Translations under genes and position numbers: made by a program
Source of the DNA: an uncultured Gammaproteobacteria bacterium
GTDB lineage: Bacteria > Pseudomonadota > Gammaproteobacteria > Steroidobacterales > GCA-2729495
DNA length: 64,000 bases
Reading direction: 5' to 3'
Assembly (NCBI GenBank): GCA_963717355.1
Contig: OY970328.1
Span: 2,165,275-2,229,274 of the forward strand
Shown here: one piece after another, positions 1 to 8,676 of the stretch
Layout: every line of letters starts with the position of its first letter
How positions within the stretch are numbered: position 1 is the first letter of the stretch
The notes under the pieces: model-generated
What the model was told of the DNA's origin: nothing
Database searches by the model: none
What the model saw: only the letters and a program-made list of their open reading frames with translations

Positions 1-37
1 CGACGTCACCGACCTGGACCTCGTGGACTATCACTGA
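1..37 (+). CDS. higB: HigB-like toxin, C-terminal fragment (gene begins upstream of the window)
   Basis: Frame 2 reads ...[11 protein letters not shown] and stops at TGA 35-37, 11 nt before higA. A C-terminal ...VDYH is typical of the HigB/RelE-family killer proteins that precede HigA. Confidence 0.4.
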   Translation, partial: DVTDLDLVDYH

Positions 38-48
38 GTGCGATCAAC

Positions 49-333
49 ATGCCGATGAAAAATCCGCCGCATCCCGGTCGCCTGGTGAAGAATGCCTGCC
101 TGGATCCGCTTGGCCTTACGGTCAGTGAGGCTGCGCGGGCGCTCGGCGTGTCGCGGCCCACGCTGTCGAGCCTGATCAACGGCCGGGCTGCCATCTCGGC
201 AGAAATGGCGATCCGTTTGGAAAAGGCCTTTGGCAGCAGTGCCGACGCGTGGATCCGGATGCAGGCGGCTCACGATCTTGCCAAGGCGCGGCGTGATTCC
301 GCACGTATCAAGGTGCGGCGCTGCCGGGGCTAA
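49..333 (+). CDS. higA: HigA-family antitoxin (XRE-type HTH)
   Basis: 94 aa. [55 protein letters not shown] is the canonical HigA HTH core. Confidence 0.85.
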   Translation: MPMKNPPHPGRLVKNACLDPLGLTVSEAARALGVSRPTLSSLINGRAAISAEMAIRLEKAFGSSADAWIRMQAAHDLAKARRDSARIKVRRCRG

Positions 334-345
334 AGCCCCTCCCAC

Positions 346-1626
346 TCAGCGGGCGACGACGCGGAACCCGTTGTAGTAGAGCCGACTCGTGGGCGCGTAG
401 CGATCCCGCGTCGCGATGAAACAGACGTCCGGCTGGTTGTACCAGGAACAGCCGCGCAACACCTTCTCGTCGCCTTTCGACGGCCCCATCGGGTTTTTCT
501 TCGGCGCCGCCGCATAGTAATCGGCCTGGTACCAGTCCTGCGTCCACTCCCAGACGTTGCCGACCATGTCGTACAGGCCCCAATCGTTCGGCGGGAAACT
601 GCCGACGCGCGTCGTCATCGGCTGCGACTTCGACAGCCGGTCGCCCGTGCTGTCCCACCACGCCTTCCATTCGTCGCGGTTCACGAGCTTGCCGATGCGC
701 CAGATCGACGTGTTGCCGCCGTCCACCTGCCAGGTGTCACCGAAGACAAAGTTCCTGCCTTCGATGCCGCCACGCGCGGCGTATTCCCACTCTGCTTCCG
801 TCGGCAGCCGATAATTCTTCCCGGTCGTCTTCGAGAGCCACGCGGCATAGGCGGCCGCGTCGGCGAAATCGACGTTTACCACGGGGTGATTCGGAAAGCT
901 TCGTGCGTAATCGCCCCAGCCCTTCGGCGCCAGCAGCGGCTCGCGCTTCGTCGCATCGGCGAAAGTCTGGTATTGCGCGTTGGTGACGAGGAAGCGGCTC
1001 ATGCGAAACGCGGACACTTCGACTTCGTGTACGCGCGCGTAGTCCTCGCCGAACTCCGGTTTCACCGCCGGGCCGTTGTTGCCCATCTTGAAGCGGCCTG
1101 CCGGGATCTCGAGCATCTCGGGCAGCAGCACGCCGCCCTGTATGACGCCGAAGAAGTCCCCGGCGCTCGCGGCGACGATGCCGGCGCCACGCGCGGAGCC
1201 CTCGGGCTTCGCCTCGCCTGCTGCTGCCGCGCCCGGTCGCCGGCCGCGGTGGCCAGTGAACGTCGCGCGGCCGTAGAGGCCGAAGTCGATCGTGCCGGAC
1301 ATGCTGTCGCCCGCCACTTTCGCCTGGTACACGGCGGCCATGGGCTGGCCGCCGAATTCCAGCACGGCCGTGAACGCGACGTCCGCACCGTGCACCGAGC
1401 CCACGAAGCGTCCGCTCGCCGAATCGCTCTCGATGAAGCCGATGATGCGCTCGCCTTCCTGGCGGAACAGCACGTCGCGCCGCCCCGGACCGTTCTGCGA
1501 CTGCACGTCGAAGTACCACTCGCCGGAGAGATCGGTCGTCGCAGCCGAAGCGCCACTCTCTTCGGCCGCGCCCGCGACACCTGCCAGCAACGCGAGCACG
1601 GCAGCAACGATGGCGGCACGCATCAT
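346..1626 (-). CDS. Secreted FGE-sulfatase (SUMF1/EgtB/PvdO) domain protein
   Basis: Signal peptide MMRAAIVAAVLALLAGVAGAA. The C-terminal half carries FGE-family motifs (YRLPTEAEWEYAARGG, WGLYDMVGNVWEWTQDWY, LRGCSWYN). Its start overlaps the stop of the upstream gene. Confidence 0.8.
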   Translation of the reverse strand: MMRAAIVAAVLALLAGVAGAAEESGASAATTDLSGEWYFDVQSQNGPGRRDVLFRQEGERIIGFIESDSASGRFVGSVHGADVAFTAVLEFGGQPMAAVYQAKVAGDSMSGTIDFGLYGRATFTGHRGRRPGAAAAGEAKPEGSARGAGIVAASAGDFFGVIQGGVLLPEMLEIPAGRFKMGNNGPAVKPEFGEDYARVHEVEVSAFRMSRFLVTNAQYQTFADATKREPLLAPKGWGDYARSFPNHPVVNVDFADAAAYAAWLSKTTGKNYRLPTEAEWEYAARGGIEGRNFVFGDTWQVDGGNTSIWRIGKLVNRDEWKAWWDSTGDRLSKSQPMTTRVGSFPPNDWGLYDMVGNVWEWTQDWYQADYYAAAPKKNPMGPSKGDEKVLRGCSWYNQPDVCFIATRDRYAPTSRLYYNGFRVVAR

Positions 1627-2561
1627 GAGCTGTGCAGCAGCCGGATCTTCCAGCCGGCATCCGTCTTCAGGAGAACCGCGGTCTCGCGGCCGCTGCCGAA
1701 GTTCTTCTCCGGCCCTGTCTTCGGGAGGATATTGAACGCGAAGGTGGCGCCTGCCATCCCACCCACCACCTGCACGTGGAAATCGGAGAGACGGAAGCGC
1801 ACCTTGGCGAGATCGCCGAGCTCGCCCTTCAGGTGATTGTCGCGATAGTCGGACCAGCCGTAGTTGACGTGCGTGCCTTCGATCATCATGAAGCCGTCAT
1901 CGGGCAGCACGTGCGCCTCCACGGCCGCCACGTCGCCCGTCGTGAGCGCCTCGTGAAACGCCTGCAGCGCCGCGACGACCTCGGTCTCCTCGGGCGACAG
2001 CATTGCCGGCGGCGGTGGCGCCGCGGCCGCTTGCGCGCGTTCCCCGCCTTCCACCGCCTCGTCATGCGTATGCTCCGCTGCGCCGCCCGCGTGCTCATGC
2101 TCCTCGGACAGATTCGGCAGCGCCTTGACTCCCACGCCGTGACCAAACACCAGGTTCGCGCCGCGCAGCCCAGTGCTCGTCAGGCCGAAGAGCCCGACCA
2201 GGAGTAACGCGACGAAGGCGAGACTGACACTGCCGTGGCGGCGCACGCGGAACGCGTTCCATACCGCGAGCAGGGCGAAGAACGACGCCGTCCCGAGCGC
2301 CCAGTACTCGTGGTTCTCCATCGCGATGTGCGCGGGCTCGTCGTGTGCGACCGTGGCCTCGGCCTGGAGCCCGGCCGCGATCGTGAGCGCGGTCACGCCC
2401 ACGCCGAGCCAGAGATTCCAGTTCGCGACCGTCTCGAGCCCGCCCATCGGCCTCCTGCGGTTCGCGGTCACGAGGACGACGAACAGCAGCACCGCCGTCG
2501 TCAGCAGCGCGATGGTGAAGTGCACCAGGATCGGGTGCCAGTTCGGTACGAATTCCATCAT
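1623..2561 (-). CDS. Membrane protein: DUF2231-like N-terminus, His-rich loop, SnoaL/DUF4440-like C-terminal domain
   Basis: Four hydrophobic helices starting WHPILVHFTIALLTTAVLLF, then HEHAGGAAEHTHDE, then an NTF2-like tail (EALTTGDVAAVEAHV...WKIRLLHSS). Start and stop overlap the neighbouring genes, suggesting translational coupling. Confidence 0.6.
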   Translation of the reverse strand: MMEFVPNWHPILVHFTIALLTTAVLLFVVLVTANRRRPMGGLETVANWNLWLGVGVTALTIAAGLQAEATVAHDEPAHIAMENHEYWALGTASFFALLAVWNAFRVRRHGSVSLAFVALLLVGLFGLTSTGLRGANLVFGHGVGVKALPNLSEEHEHAGGAAEHTHDEAVEGGERAQAAAAPPPPAMLSPEETEVVAALQAFHEALTTGDVAAVEAHVLPDDGFMMIEGTHVNYGWSDYRDNHLKGELGDLAKVRFRLSDFHVQVVGGMAGATFAFNILPKTGPEKNFGSGRETAVLLKTDAGWKIRLLHSS

Positions 2562-5266
2562 GGCCTGTGGCCCTCCTGTTGAGCGAAATAGCGGCCGACC
2601 TCGTCGCGCTTCGCATCCGCGAGCGCGGCGCAGAGCTCGATGCCCTCGAGCGTCTCGGCGAGCGTGCGATCGGCGCCCTCGAGCCGGCCGACGAGCGGCG
2701 TGAACACGTCGCGCAGCTCGTCGCGCTCCGGCAAGGTGCAGAAGCCGGCACCGAGACGCGGCAGCCAGCGGTAGGCGAAGTGCGACAGCCGGCCGATGAA
2801 GGCTTCCTGGTTCGCCTTGAACCAGTCGAAGGTCGCGCGGCTCTGACTCACCCGGGACGCGAGCGAGAACGCCAGCGTGGTGGGCTCCCGGCCCTTCAGT
2901 TGCTGGTCGAGCAGGAGCTTCCGTACGCGCTCACCGAGCGCCGCATCGTCGGTGTTGCCGAGCGCGGCGGCAGCCTGCAGCCGGAACTGCGAGTCACCGG
3001 AGGCGAGCATGCGAGCGATCAGAGCCTCGGCGAATGGCGCGCCGAGCTCGCGCACGCCGGCGCGGAGCGCGATCTCCCGCAGGGCGGGCGGCACCGCACC
3101 CTCGTCGAGACCGTCGCCCGGCTCGCCCATCCGAATGTAGCGGCGGGCATCTTCCGCGAGGCCCGCCCGCAGCTCACGGTCGTCGGCCTCGAGCGCGAGG
3201 AGCCTCACGAGCTTCGTCCGGAAGAGCGCCTTGTCCACCGCCTCCGCCGTCTCGGCCGCGGGCATGGCCTTCGCGGGGCCGAGCGCATCGAGCCGCGGCC
3301 GGTAGAGCGTGCGCATCAGCGCGAGCACGGCCTCCCTGGAGCCCGCGGGCACGAGGTAGTCCCGCAGGCGGACGAGGTCGGCGCCGGGCTGCATCGCGGC
3401 CTGCAGGTAGGCGGACGCCGCGATCTCGCGGATCGCCGCGACGTAGACCTCGGTCGGCAGGCGGTTCGCCTGGTACGCCGCCGAGAGGCTGTCTGCCGTG
3501 GCGAGCAGCTCCTTCTGGTTGAGGCGGCCGAAGTTCGCCGTCAGCGCGTGCCAGCCGTCTCCGTCGAGCGCGAAGCGGTAATACCCGGCGCCGTCGGCAT
3601 TTGGCATGACGAACGTCGGACAGCCGCTCGATGCGAGATCCATCGTCGCCTGCTCTCCGGCGAGCAGCAGGCACTGCTTGGCCACGGTCTTGTCGTTGCC
3701 GTAACGCACGCACAGCGGCACCTGCCAGGTGCGCTTCGGGTCGCCGCGCGAGCCGATCGGCAGGTAGCGTGACTGGACGAGCGTCAGCGCCGGCGCGCCC
3801 TGTTTGCAGTCGAGCGTGGCGCCGACGAGCGGCACGCCGGGCTGCTCGATGAAGGTCCTGAATGCCGGCACGACGTCCGGGCGGCCCGAGCCCTGCGCGA
3901 GCGAGGCCATGAAGTCCTCGACGTCGGCGACGCCGTAGGCGAAGCGCTTCATGTGCTGGCGAATACCCGCGCGGAACGCGTCCTCGCCGAGGTATGCCTC
4001 GAACATGCCGAGCACGGCGCCGCCTTTCATGTAGGTGATGGCGTCGAAGGCGCTGTTGATGTCCAGGTTGCGGGTCACCGGCTGGCGGATCTGGCGGGCG
4101 GCGATGCGGCTGTCGAGGTCCATCGCGGGCGGCGTCATCAGCGCCGGCACGATGTCGATGCCGAGGCTCGGCTGCCAGGCGGCGCCGGCCTTGAATCCCA
4201 TCCAGTCGGCGAACGATTCGTTGAGCCAGATGTCGTCCCACCACTTCGGCGTCACCAGGTCGCCGAACCACTGGTGCGACACCTCGTGCGCATGGATGCC
4301 GCCGAAACCGCGACGGGTCTCGGGCGAGTCATCGGCATTGAGCAGACGTGCCTCGCCGTAAACAATCGCGCCCGCGTTCTCCATGCCGCCCAGCCCCGAA
4401 TCCGGCGAGGCGATCAGGTCGAGCTTCGGATACGGGAACGCAATGCCGAAATACTCTTCCAGATAGGTAACGATCGCGTTCGTGTTCTCGAGCGCGTACC
4501 TGAGCTTCGGGCCCTTGCCGCGCGCGGCCACGCCGCGCAGGGGCAGCGGCCAGTCGCGCACCTTGTTGGGCGGCAGTGGCCGCCACTCGACAACGTCGAA
4601 CGGCCCGACGGCGAGCGCCACGAGATAAGTGGGCAGCGGCTTCGTCGTCGCGAGCTCGACGCGCTTCATGCCCCCGCCGAGCGGCTTCTCGGCGCGCACG
4701 GGCGCGTTGCCAACGACTGCGTTTGTCGCGCGTGTCGTGACGGCGATGTCGAAGGGCACCTTGAACCCGGGCTGGTCGAACCCGGGGAACATCCGGCGCG
4801 CGTCGATCGCCTCGAACTGCGTGAGGGCGTAGGACTCGCCGTCCACGGTCAGGTGGTAGAGGCCCTCGGCGCCGATGCGGTACGGCGCCCGGTACCTGAT
4901 GCGCAGCGTGCCCCGGCCGGCGGGCACGGACACCGCGAAATCGAGGCTCGCGACGCCGGTGTCAGCGACTTGCGCGTAACTCGCGGGCAGGCGCGTGCCG
5001 GACGCCGTCACGAGCTCCGCGCTCGCGACGGTGAGCCCATTGCCATGGAGCCAGATCCGGCTCGTGCGCGCGGTGATCTCGACGTCGATCTCGGCTACGC
5101 CCGAAAACTCCGTCTGCTCGGGCAGCACTGTCAGATCCAGCCGGTAGGCGAGCGGGCGCACGGCCTGGCCGAGCTGGCCCTGTGGTGGCGCCTCGCCCGC
5201 GGCGAGCGCGGCTTGCGCGAGCAGGACTGCCAGCAGGAATGAGCGGGGCATCTGCACGATCCTCAT
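2558..5266 (-). CDS. M1-family aminopeptidase (aminopeptidase N-like), secreted
   Basis: GGMEN exopeptidase motif plus HEVSHQWFGDLVTPKWWDDIWLNESFADW (HExxH-18-E) and an ERAP1-like C-terminal domain. The ORF extends to 5335; the likely start is MRIVQMPRSFLL... at 5266, just before the signal peptide. Confidence 0.9.
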   Translation of the reverse strand: MRIVQMPRSFLLAVLLAQAALAAGEAPPQGQLGQAVRPLAYRLDLTVLPEQTEFSGVAEIDVEITARTSRIWLHGNGLTVASAELVTASGTRLPASYAQVADTGVASLDFAVSVPAGRGTLRIRYRAPYRIGAEGLYHLTVDGESYALTQFEAIDARRMFPGFDQPGFKVPFDIAVTTRATNAVVGNAPVRAEKPLGGGMKRVELATTKPLPTYLVALAVGPFDVVEWRPLPPNKVRDWPLPLRGVAARGKGPKLRYALENTNAIVTYLEEYFGIAFPYPKLDLIASPDSGLGGMENAGAIVYGEARLLNADDSPETRRGFGGIHAHEVSHQWFGDLVTPKWWDDIWLNESFADWMGFKAGAAWQPSLGIDIVPALMTPPAMDLDSRIAARQIRQPVTRNLDINSAFDAITYMKGGAVLGMFEAYLGEDAFRAGIRQHMKRFAYGVADVEDFMASLAQGSGRPDVVPAFRTFIEQPGVPLVGATLDCKQGAPALTLVQSRYLPIGSRGDPKRTWQVPLCVRYGNDKTVAKQCLLLAGEQATMDLASSGCPTFVMPNADGAGYYRFALDGDGWHALTANFGRLNQKELLATADSLSAAYQANRLPTEVYVAAIREIAASAYLQAAMQPGADLVRLRDYLVPAGSREAVLALMRTLYRPRLDALGPAKAMPAAETAEAVDKALFRTKLVRLLALEADDRELRAGLAEDARRYIRMGEPGDGLDEGAVPPALREIALRAGVRELGAPFAEALIARMLASGDSQFRLQAAAALGNTDDAALGERVRKLLLDQQLKGREPTTLAFSLASRVSQSRATFDWFKANQEAFIGRLSHFAYRWLPRLGAGFCTLPERDELRDVFTPLVGRLEGADRTLAETLEGIELCAALADAKRDEVGRYFAQQEGHRP

Positions 5267-5419
5267 CCGCGTCCGGCGGCGGCCGGCCGATGCCGATCTT
5301 AAATCAGGAGCGGGCATCCCATGAGGCTGTGGCAACGCGCCACAGGGCTCACCCGGCGCTCGGTTTCCAAGCCCCGCGAACTTTGCAAGAATCCCGCGAA
5401 ACCATAGGGGGGTCTTCCG

Positions 5420-6811
5420 ATGAGCGCGTTTCCGTCCGGCCGCCTGCGCGGCCTCCTGTCTCTGCCGTCTGCGCTACTGGCGCTCCTGCCGGCGCTGGCA
5501 CCCGCTCAGCCCGCGCCCGGCGGCCCGCCGCCCAAGCCCGATCACTACGTGCTCGTGCACGCGGGGACGCTCCTCGCCGTGCCGCGCCAGAAGCCGCAGA
5601 GCCAGGTGACCGTGATCGTGAAGAACGACCGCGTCGCCGGCGTTGCGAAGGGCTTCGTGACGACGGCGCCGGGGGCGCCCGCCGGCGCCGAGGTAGAGGT
5701 CGTCGATCTCTCCGACCGCTTCGTGCTGCCGGGACTCATGGACGCGCACGTGCACCTCGCCTCGGAGCCGAGCTTCTCCCGGCGCCGCGCCGGGCGCGGC
5801 GACCGCGACCCGCCGACCGGCGCCGAGCGCGCGGTCAACGCGATCGTGTACTCGCGCCGCACGCTCGCGGCGGGCTTCACCACCGTGCGCGACGTCGGCT
5901 CGGATGACCAGTCGGTCTACGCGGTGCGCAACGCGATCAACGCGGGGCGCATGATCGGCCCGCGCGTCCTCGTCTCCGGCGGGGCGCTGGCCGTCACCGG
6001 CGGGCACGCCGACGGGCTGCCGCTCGATCGGACCGGCGACCCGCAGGCGCGGCTCGAGGATGGCACCTGCGACGGGCCGATGGAGTGCCGTGGGGCAGTG
6101 CGCTACGCGTACAAGCTCGGCGCCGACGTCATCAAGTTCACCGCGACCGGGGGCTTCGGCGGCAACACGGGCACGGAGCCCGAGATGTTCCCCGACGAAA
6201 TGGAAGCGATCATCTCCACCGCGCACATGCTGGGTCTCAAGGTCGCGGTGCACGCCTACTCGCCCGTGGCGATCCGGCAAGCGGTCGCCGCCGGCGTCGA
6301 CTCGATCGAGCATGGCTTCCTGCTCGACGACGAGGGTATCAGGATGATGAAGGCGAAAGGCACGTGGCTCGTGCCGACGCTCTCGGCGAGCTATCCGCCG
6401 CCGATCTTCCGGATCCCGAACCCCGACTCCGTGCGCCTGCGCAACGAGTACAAGGCGTTCGAGCGCGCCTACGCCGCCGGCGTCAACATCGCCTTCGGCA
6501 CGGATGCCGGCACCTTCACCCACGGCGACAACGCCAAGGAATTCGAGCTGATGGTGAAGTTCGGCATGCCGGCGATGGAGGCGATCTACTGTGCGACGGT
6601 CTCGACCGCGAATCTCTTCGGCCTCGGCAAGGAGATCGGCACGATCGAGGAAGGCAAGGTGGCCGATCTCGTCGCGGTGAAGACGAGCCCGCTCGACGAC
6701 ATCTCGGTGCTCCGGCACGTGGATTTCGTCATGAAGAGCGGCAAGGTGGCGAAGCAGAACGGCGCCATGACCGAGCCGTTCACCTATCCGCCCGTCACGG
6801 TTTCGTTCTGA
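5420..6811 (+). CDS. Periplasmic amidohydrolase (dipeptidase / imidazolonepropionase-like subgroup)
   Basis: Signal peptide. Metal ligands are intact: PGLMDAHVHL (HxH), KFTATGG, VHAYS, IEHG, FGTDAG. Confidence 0.85.
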   Translation: MSAFPSGRLRGLLSLPSALLALLPALAPAQPAPGGPPPKPDHYVLVHAGTLLAVPRQKPQSQVTVIVKNDRVAGVAKGFVTTAPGAPAGAEVEVVDLSDRFVLPGLMDAHVHLASEPSFSRRRAGRGDRDPPTGAERAVNAIVYSRRTLAAGFTTVRDVGSDDQSVYAVRNAINAGRMIGPRVLVSGGALAVTGGHADGLPLDRTGDPQARLEDGTCDGPMECRGAVRYAYKLGADVIKFTATGGFGGNTGTEPEMFPDEMEAIISTAHMLGLKVAVHAYSPVAIRQAVAAGVDSIEHGFLLDDEGIRMMKAKGTWLVPTLSASYPPPIFRIPNPDSVRLRNEYKAFERAYAAGVNIAFGTDAGTFTHGDNAKEFELMVKFGMPAMEAIYCATVSTANLFGLGKEIGTIEEGKVADLVAVKTSPLDDISVLRHVDFVMKSGKVAKQNGAMTEPFTYPPVTVSF

Positions 6812-7084
6812 GCGGCACGCTCACGATGGCGACAAGCTCCCGCGCATCCGGAACCGGCAGCCGGGTCCAGGGTCGGGGTAAATCTCGCCGGCCATCCGTG
6901 GCCGGCGAGAAGCATATCGGGCTTTCCCGGACCGGTAGCCACACGCTTGAAGCGAGGCTTGCCAAGGAAGCCGCTCCGGCATCCTGCCTCGCTCGCCCTC
7001 AATGCCGCCCGACCCTGCCCCGGCCGCCGGTGCGATGCGCGGCCGGGCGACGCCACGGGCCGGTGACGGCTCGTCTCCCGGCGG

Positions 7085-7192
7085 GTGTGAGGAGCAAGCG
7101 GAGCAGGATGCGGAGCGATGCGACGACCCAAGCGAGCGGAATGCAGGGATGCATGCAGCGAGCGTCCCGCCGGGAGGCGGAGCCGGCAGCGG
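7085..7192 (-). repeat. ~105 bp MITE-like intergenic element, copy A (11 bp terminal inverted repeats CTCCCGGCGGG / CCCGCCGGGAG)
   Basis: The reverse complement aligns along its whole length with 20715-20817 and 32455-32606, sharing the core TTCGCTTGGGTCGTCGC..CGCTCCGC.CCTGCTCCGCT.GCTCCTCACACCC. Confidence 0.75.
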
Positions 7193-7251
7193 CCTCGTGC
7201 GCCGACGGTCGACGCGACGGCCCCAACGGCGATTCGGAGTAGGCGGTTCTT

Positions 7252-8676
7252 TTGAGAGGAAGCAGGATGATGATTCGTGCGGCCCGGCCTTCTTACACCC
7301 TTGCGGCGGTGGTGTGCGGCGCGCTCATCGCCGTGGCGCTCGTCACGGACACGGCGCGGGCGGAACGGCCGCGCGTCTATGCGATCACGCACGCGCGCAT
7401 CGTCACCGCGCCGGGCAAGGTCATCGACGACGGCACGCTCCTCATCCGCGACGACGTGATCCAGGCGGTCGGCGCCAAGGTGACGGTGCCGCCCGATGCG
7501 GAAGTCATCGAGGCGCAGAAGGGCTGGTCGGTGTACCCGGCCTTCATCGACGCGGCCTCCTCGGTCGGTCTCGAGAGCGAGGACGCTGCCGCTCGCGGCG
7601 GCGGCGCGCCGGAGCAGGGCAAGGGTCCGGCCCCGGTCGTCGGCGCCCATCACGAACTGAAATCCATACACCCGGAAACGGCGGTCCTCGACCAGATCGA
7701 TCCCGCCCACGCCAGCATCGCCCGCCACCGCGCCATGGGCTTCGCGGTGGCGAACGTGCTGCCGGCGAAAGGCGTCTTCCGCGGCGAGTCCGCCATCCTC
7801 ACGCTGCGCGCGGGCCCCGCGCGTAGCATCGTCGTGAAAGATCGCTTCGCCGAGGTCGTGGCGCTCGAGACGCAGAGCTTCATGGGCCGCCAGTATCCTT
7901 CCTCGCGGATGGGCGCGATGGCCGCCGTCCGGCAGGCGTTTCTCGACGCCACGCGCGACGGCGAATGGAGCCGCCGCTATGCCGCGAATCCCGCGGGCAT
8001 GGCGCCGCCCGAGTACCGTTCCTCCGACGTGCCGCTGCAAGAGGTTCTCGCTCGCGAGCGGCCCGTGATCTTCGTCGCCGTGACGGCGCTCGACCCGGGG
8101 CGCTTCGCGAGCCTCGCCGCAGAGTTCAACCTCGACGCCATGACGATGCTGCGCGGCCTCGCCGACCGCCCCGAGGACATTGGCGAGAAGGGCATGCCGC
8201 TGCTGTTGCCTCTGGAGTTGCCCGAGAAGGCCGACACCAAGGACGAGGACGCCATGCTCGACACGACGCTCGAGCAGATGCAGGCGAGCGTCGGCGCGCC
8301 GCGCCTGCCGAAGACCCTAGACGGCGGGCGCAAGCTCGCGTTCGTCACGGCCGGCATGAAGGACCCGAAGAAGTTTCCCGAGAACCTCGCCGCCGTGGTC
8401 AAGGCCGGCCTCGACCCGGCGCGCGCGCTCGCGGCGCTGACGACGACGCCCGCCGAGCTCCTCGGCGTCACCCGGATCATGGGCACGGTCGAGGCCGGCA
8501 AGCTCGCAAACGTCATCGTCGTCGACGGCGAGCTGTTCACCGACAAGCCCGTCCTGCGGCACCTGTTCGTGCAGGGCTACCACGAGAAGATCGATCCGGA
8601 CAAGAAACCAGACGACAAGCCGGGACGGCCGAGCCCCATGCAGGACGAGGACGTGGACCTGGAGGCATTCCAATGA
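7252..8676 (+). CDS. Amidohydrolase-fold protein with degenerate metal site (probable pseudoenzyme or accessory subunit)
   Basis: 474 aa with an N-terminal TM/signal segment and an amidohydrolase-like layout. The HxH position reads YPAFIDAASSVG (no histidines). Paralogous to the C-terminal half of the next gene. Its stop overlaps the next start (ATGA). Confidence 0.75.
   Translation: MRGSRMMIRAARPSYTLAAVVCGALIAVALVTDTARAERPRVYAITHARIVTAPGKVIDDGTLLIRDDVIQAVGAKVTVPPDAEVIEAQKGWSVYPAFIDAASSVGLESEDAAARGGGAPEQGKGPAPVVGAHHELKSIHPETAVLDQIDPAHASIARHRAMGFAVANVLPAKGVFRGESAILTLRAGPARSIVVKDRFAEVVALETQSFMGRQYPSSRMGAMAAVRQAFLDATRDGEWSRRYAANPAGMAPPEYRSSDVPLQEVLARERPVIFVAVTALDPGRFASLAAEFNLDAMTMLRGLADRPEDIGEKGMPLLLPLELPEKADTKDEDAMLDTTLEQMQASVGAPRLPKTLDGGRKLAFVTAGMKDPKKFPENLAAVVKAGLDPARALAALTTTPAELLGVTRIMGTVEAGKLANVIVVDGELFTDKPVLRHLFVQGYHEKIDPDKKPDDKPGRPSPMQDEDVDLEAFQ

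Noticed and set aside
7965-8672. A 236 aa N-terminal extension of the large amidohydrolase ORF (listed as 1207 aa)
   Set aside because: It lies in a different frame over the 3' half of the preceding gene and has an Arg/Ala/Gly-rich nonsense composition. The real start is the ATG at 8673 (ATGA overlap), which is followed by a signal peptide.
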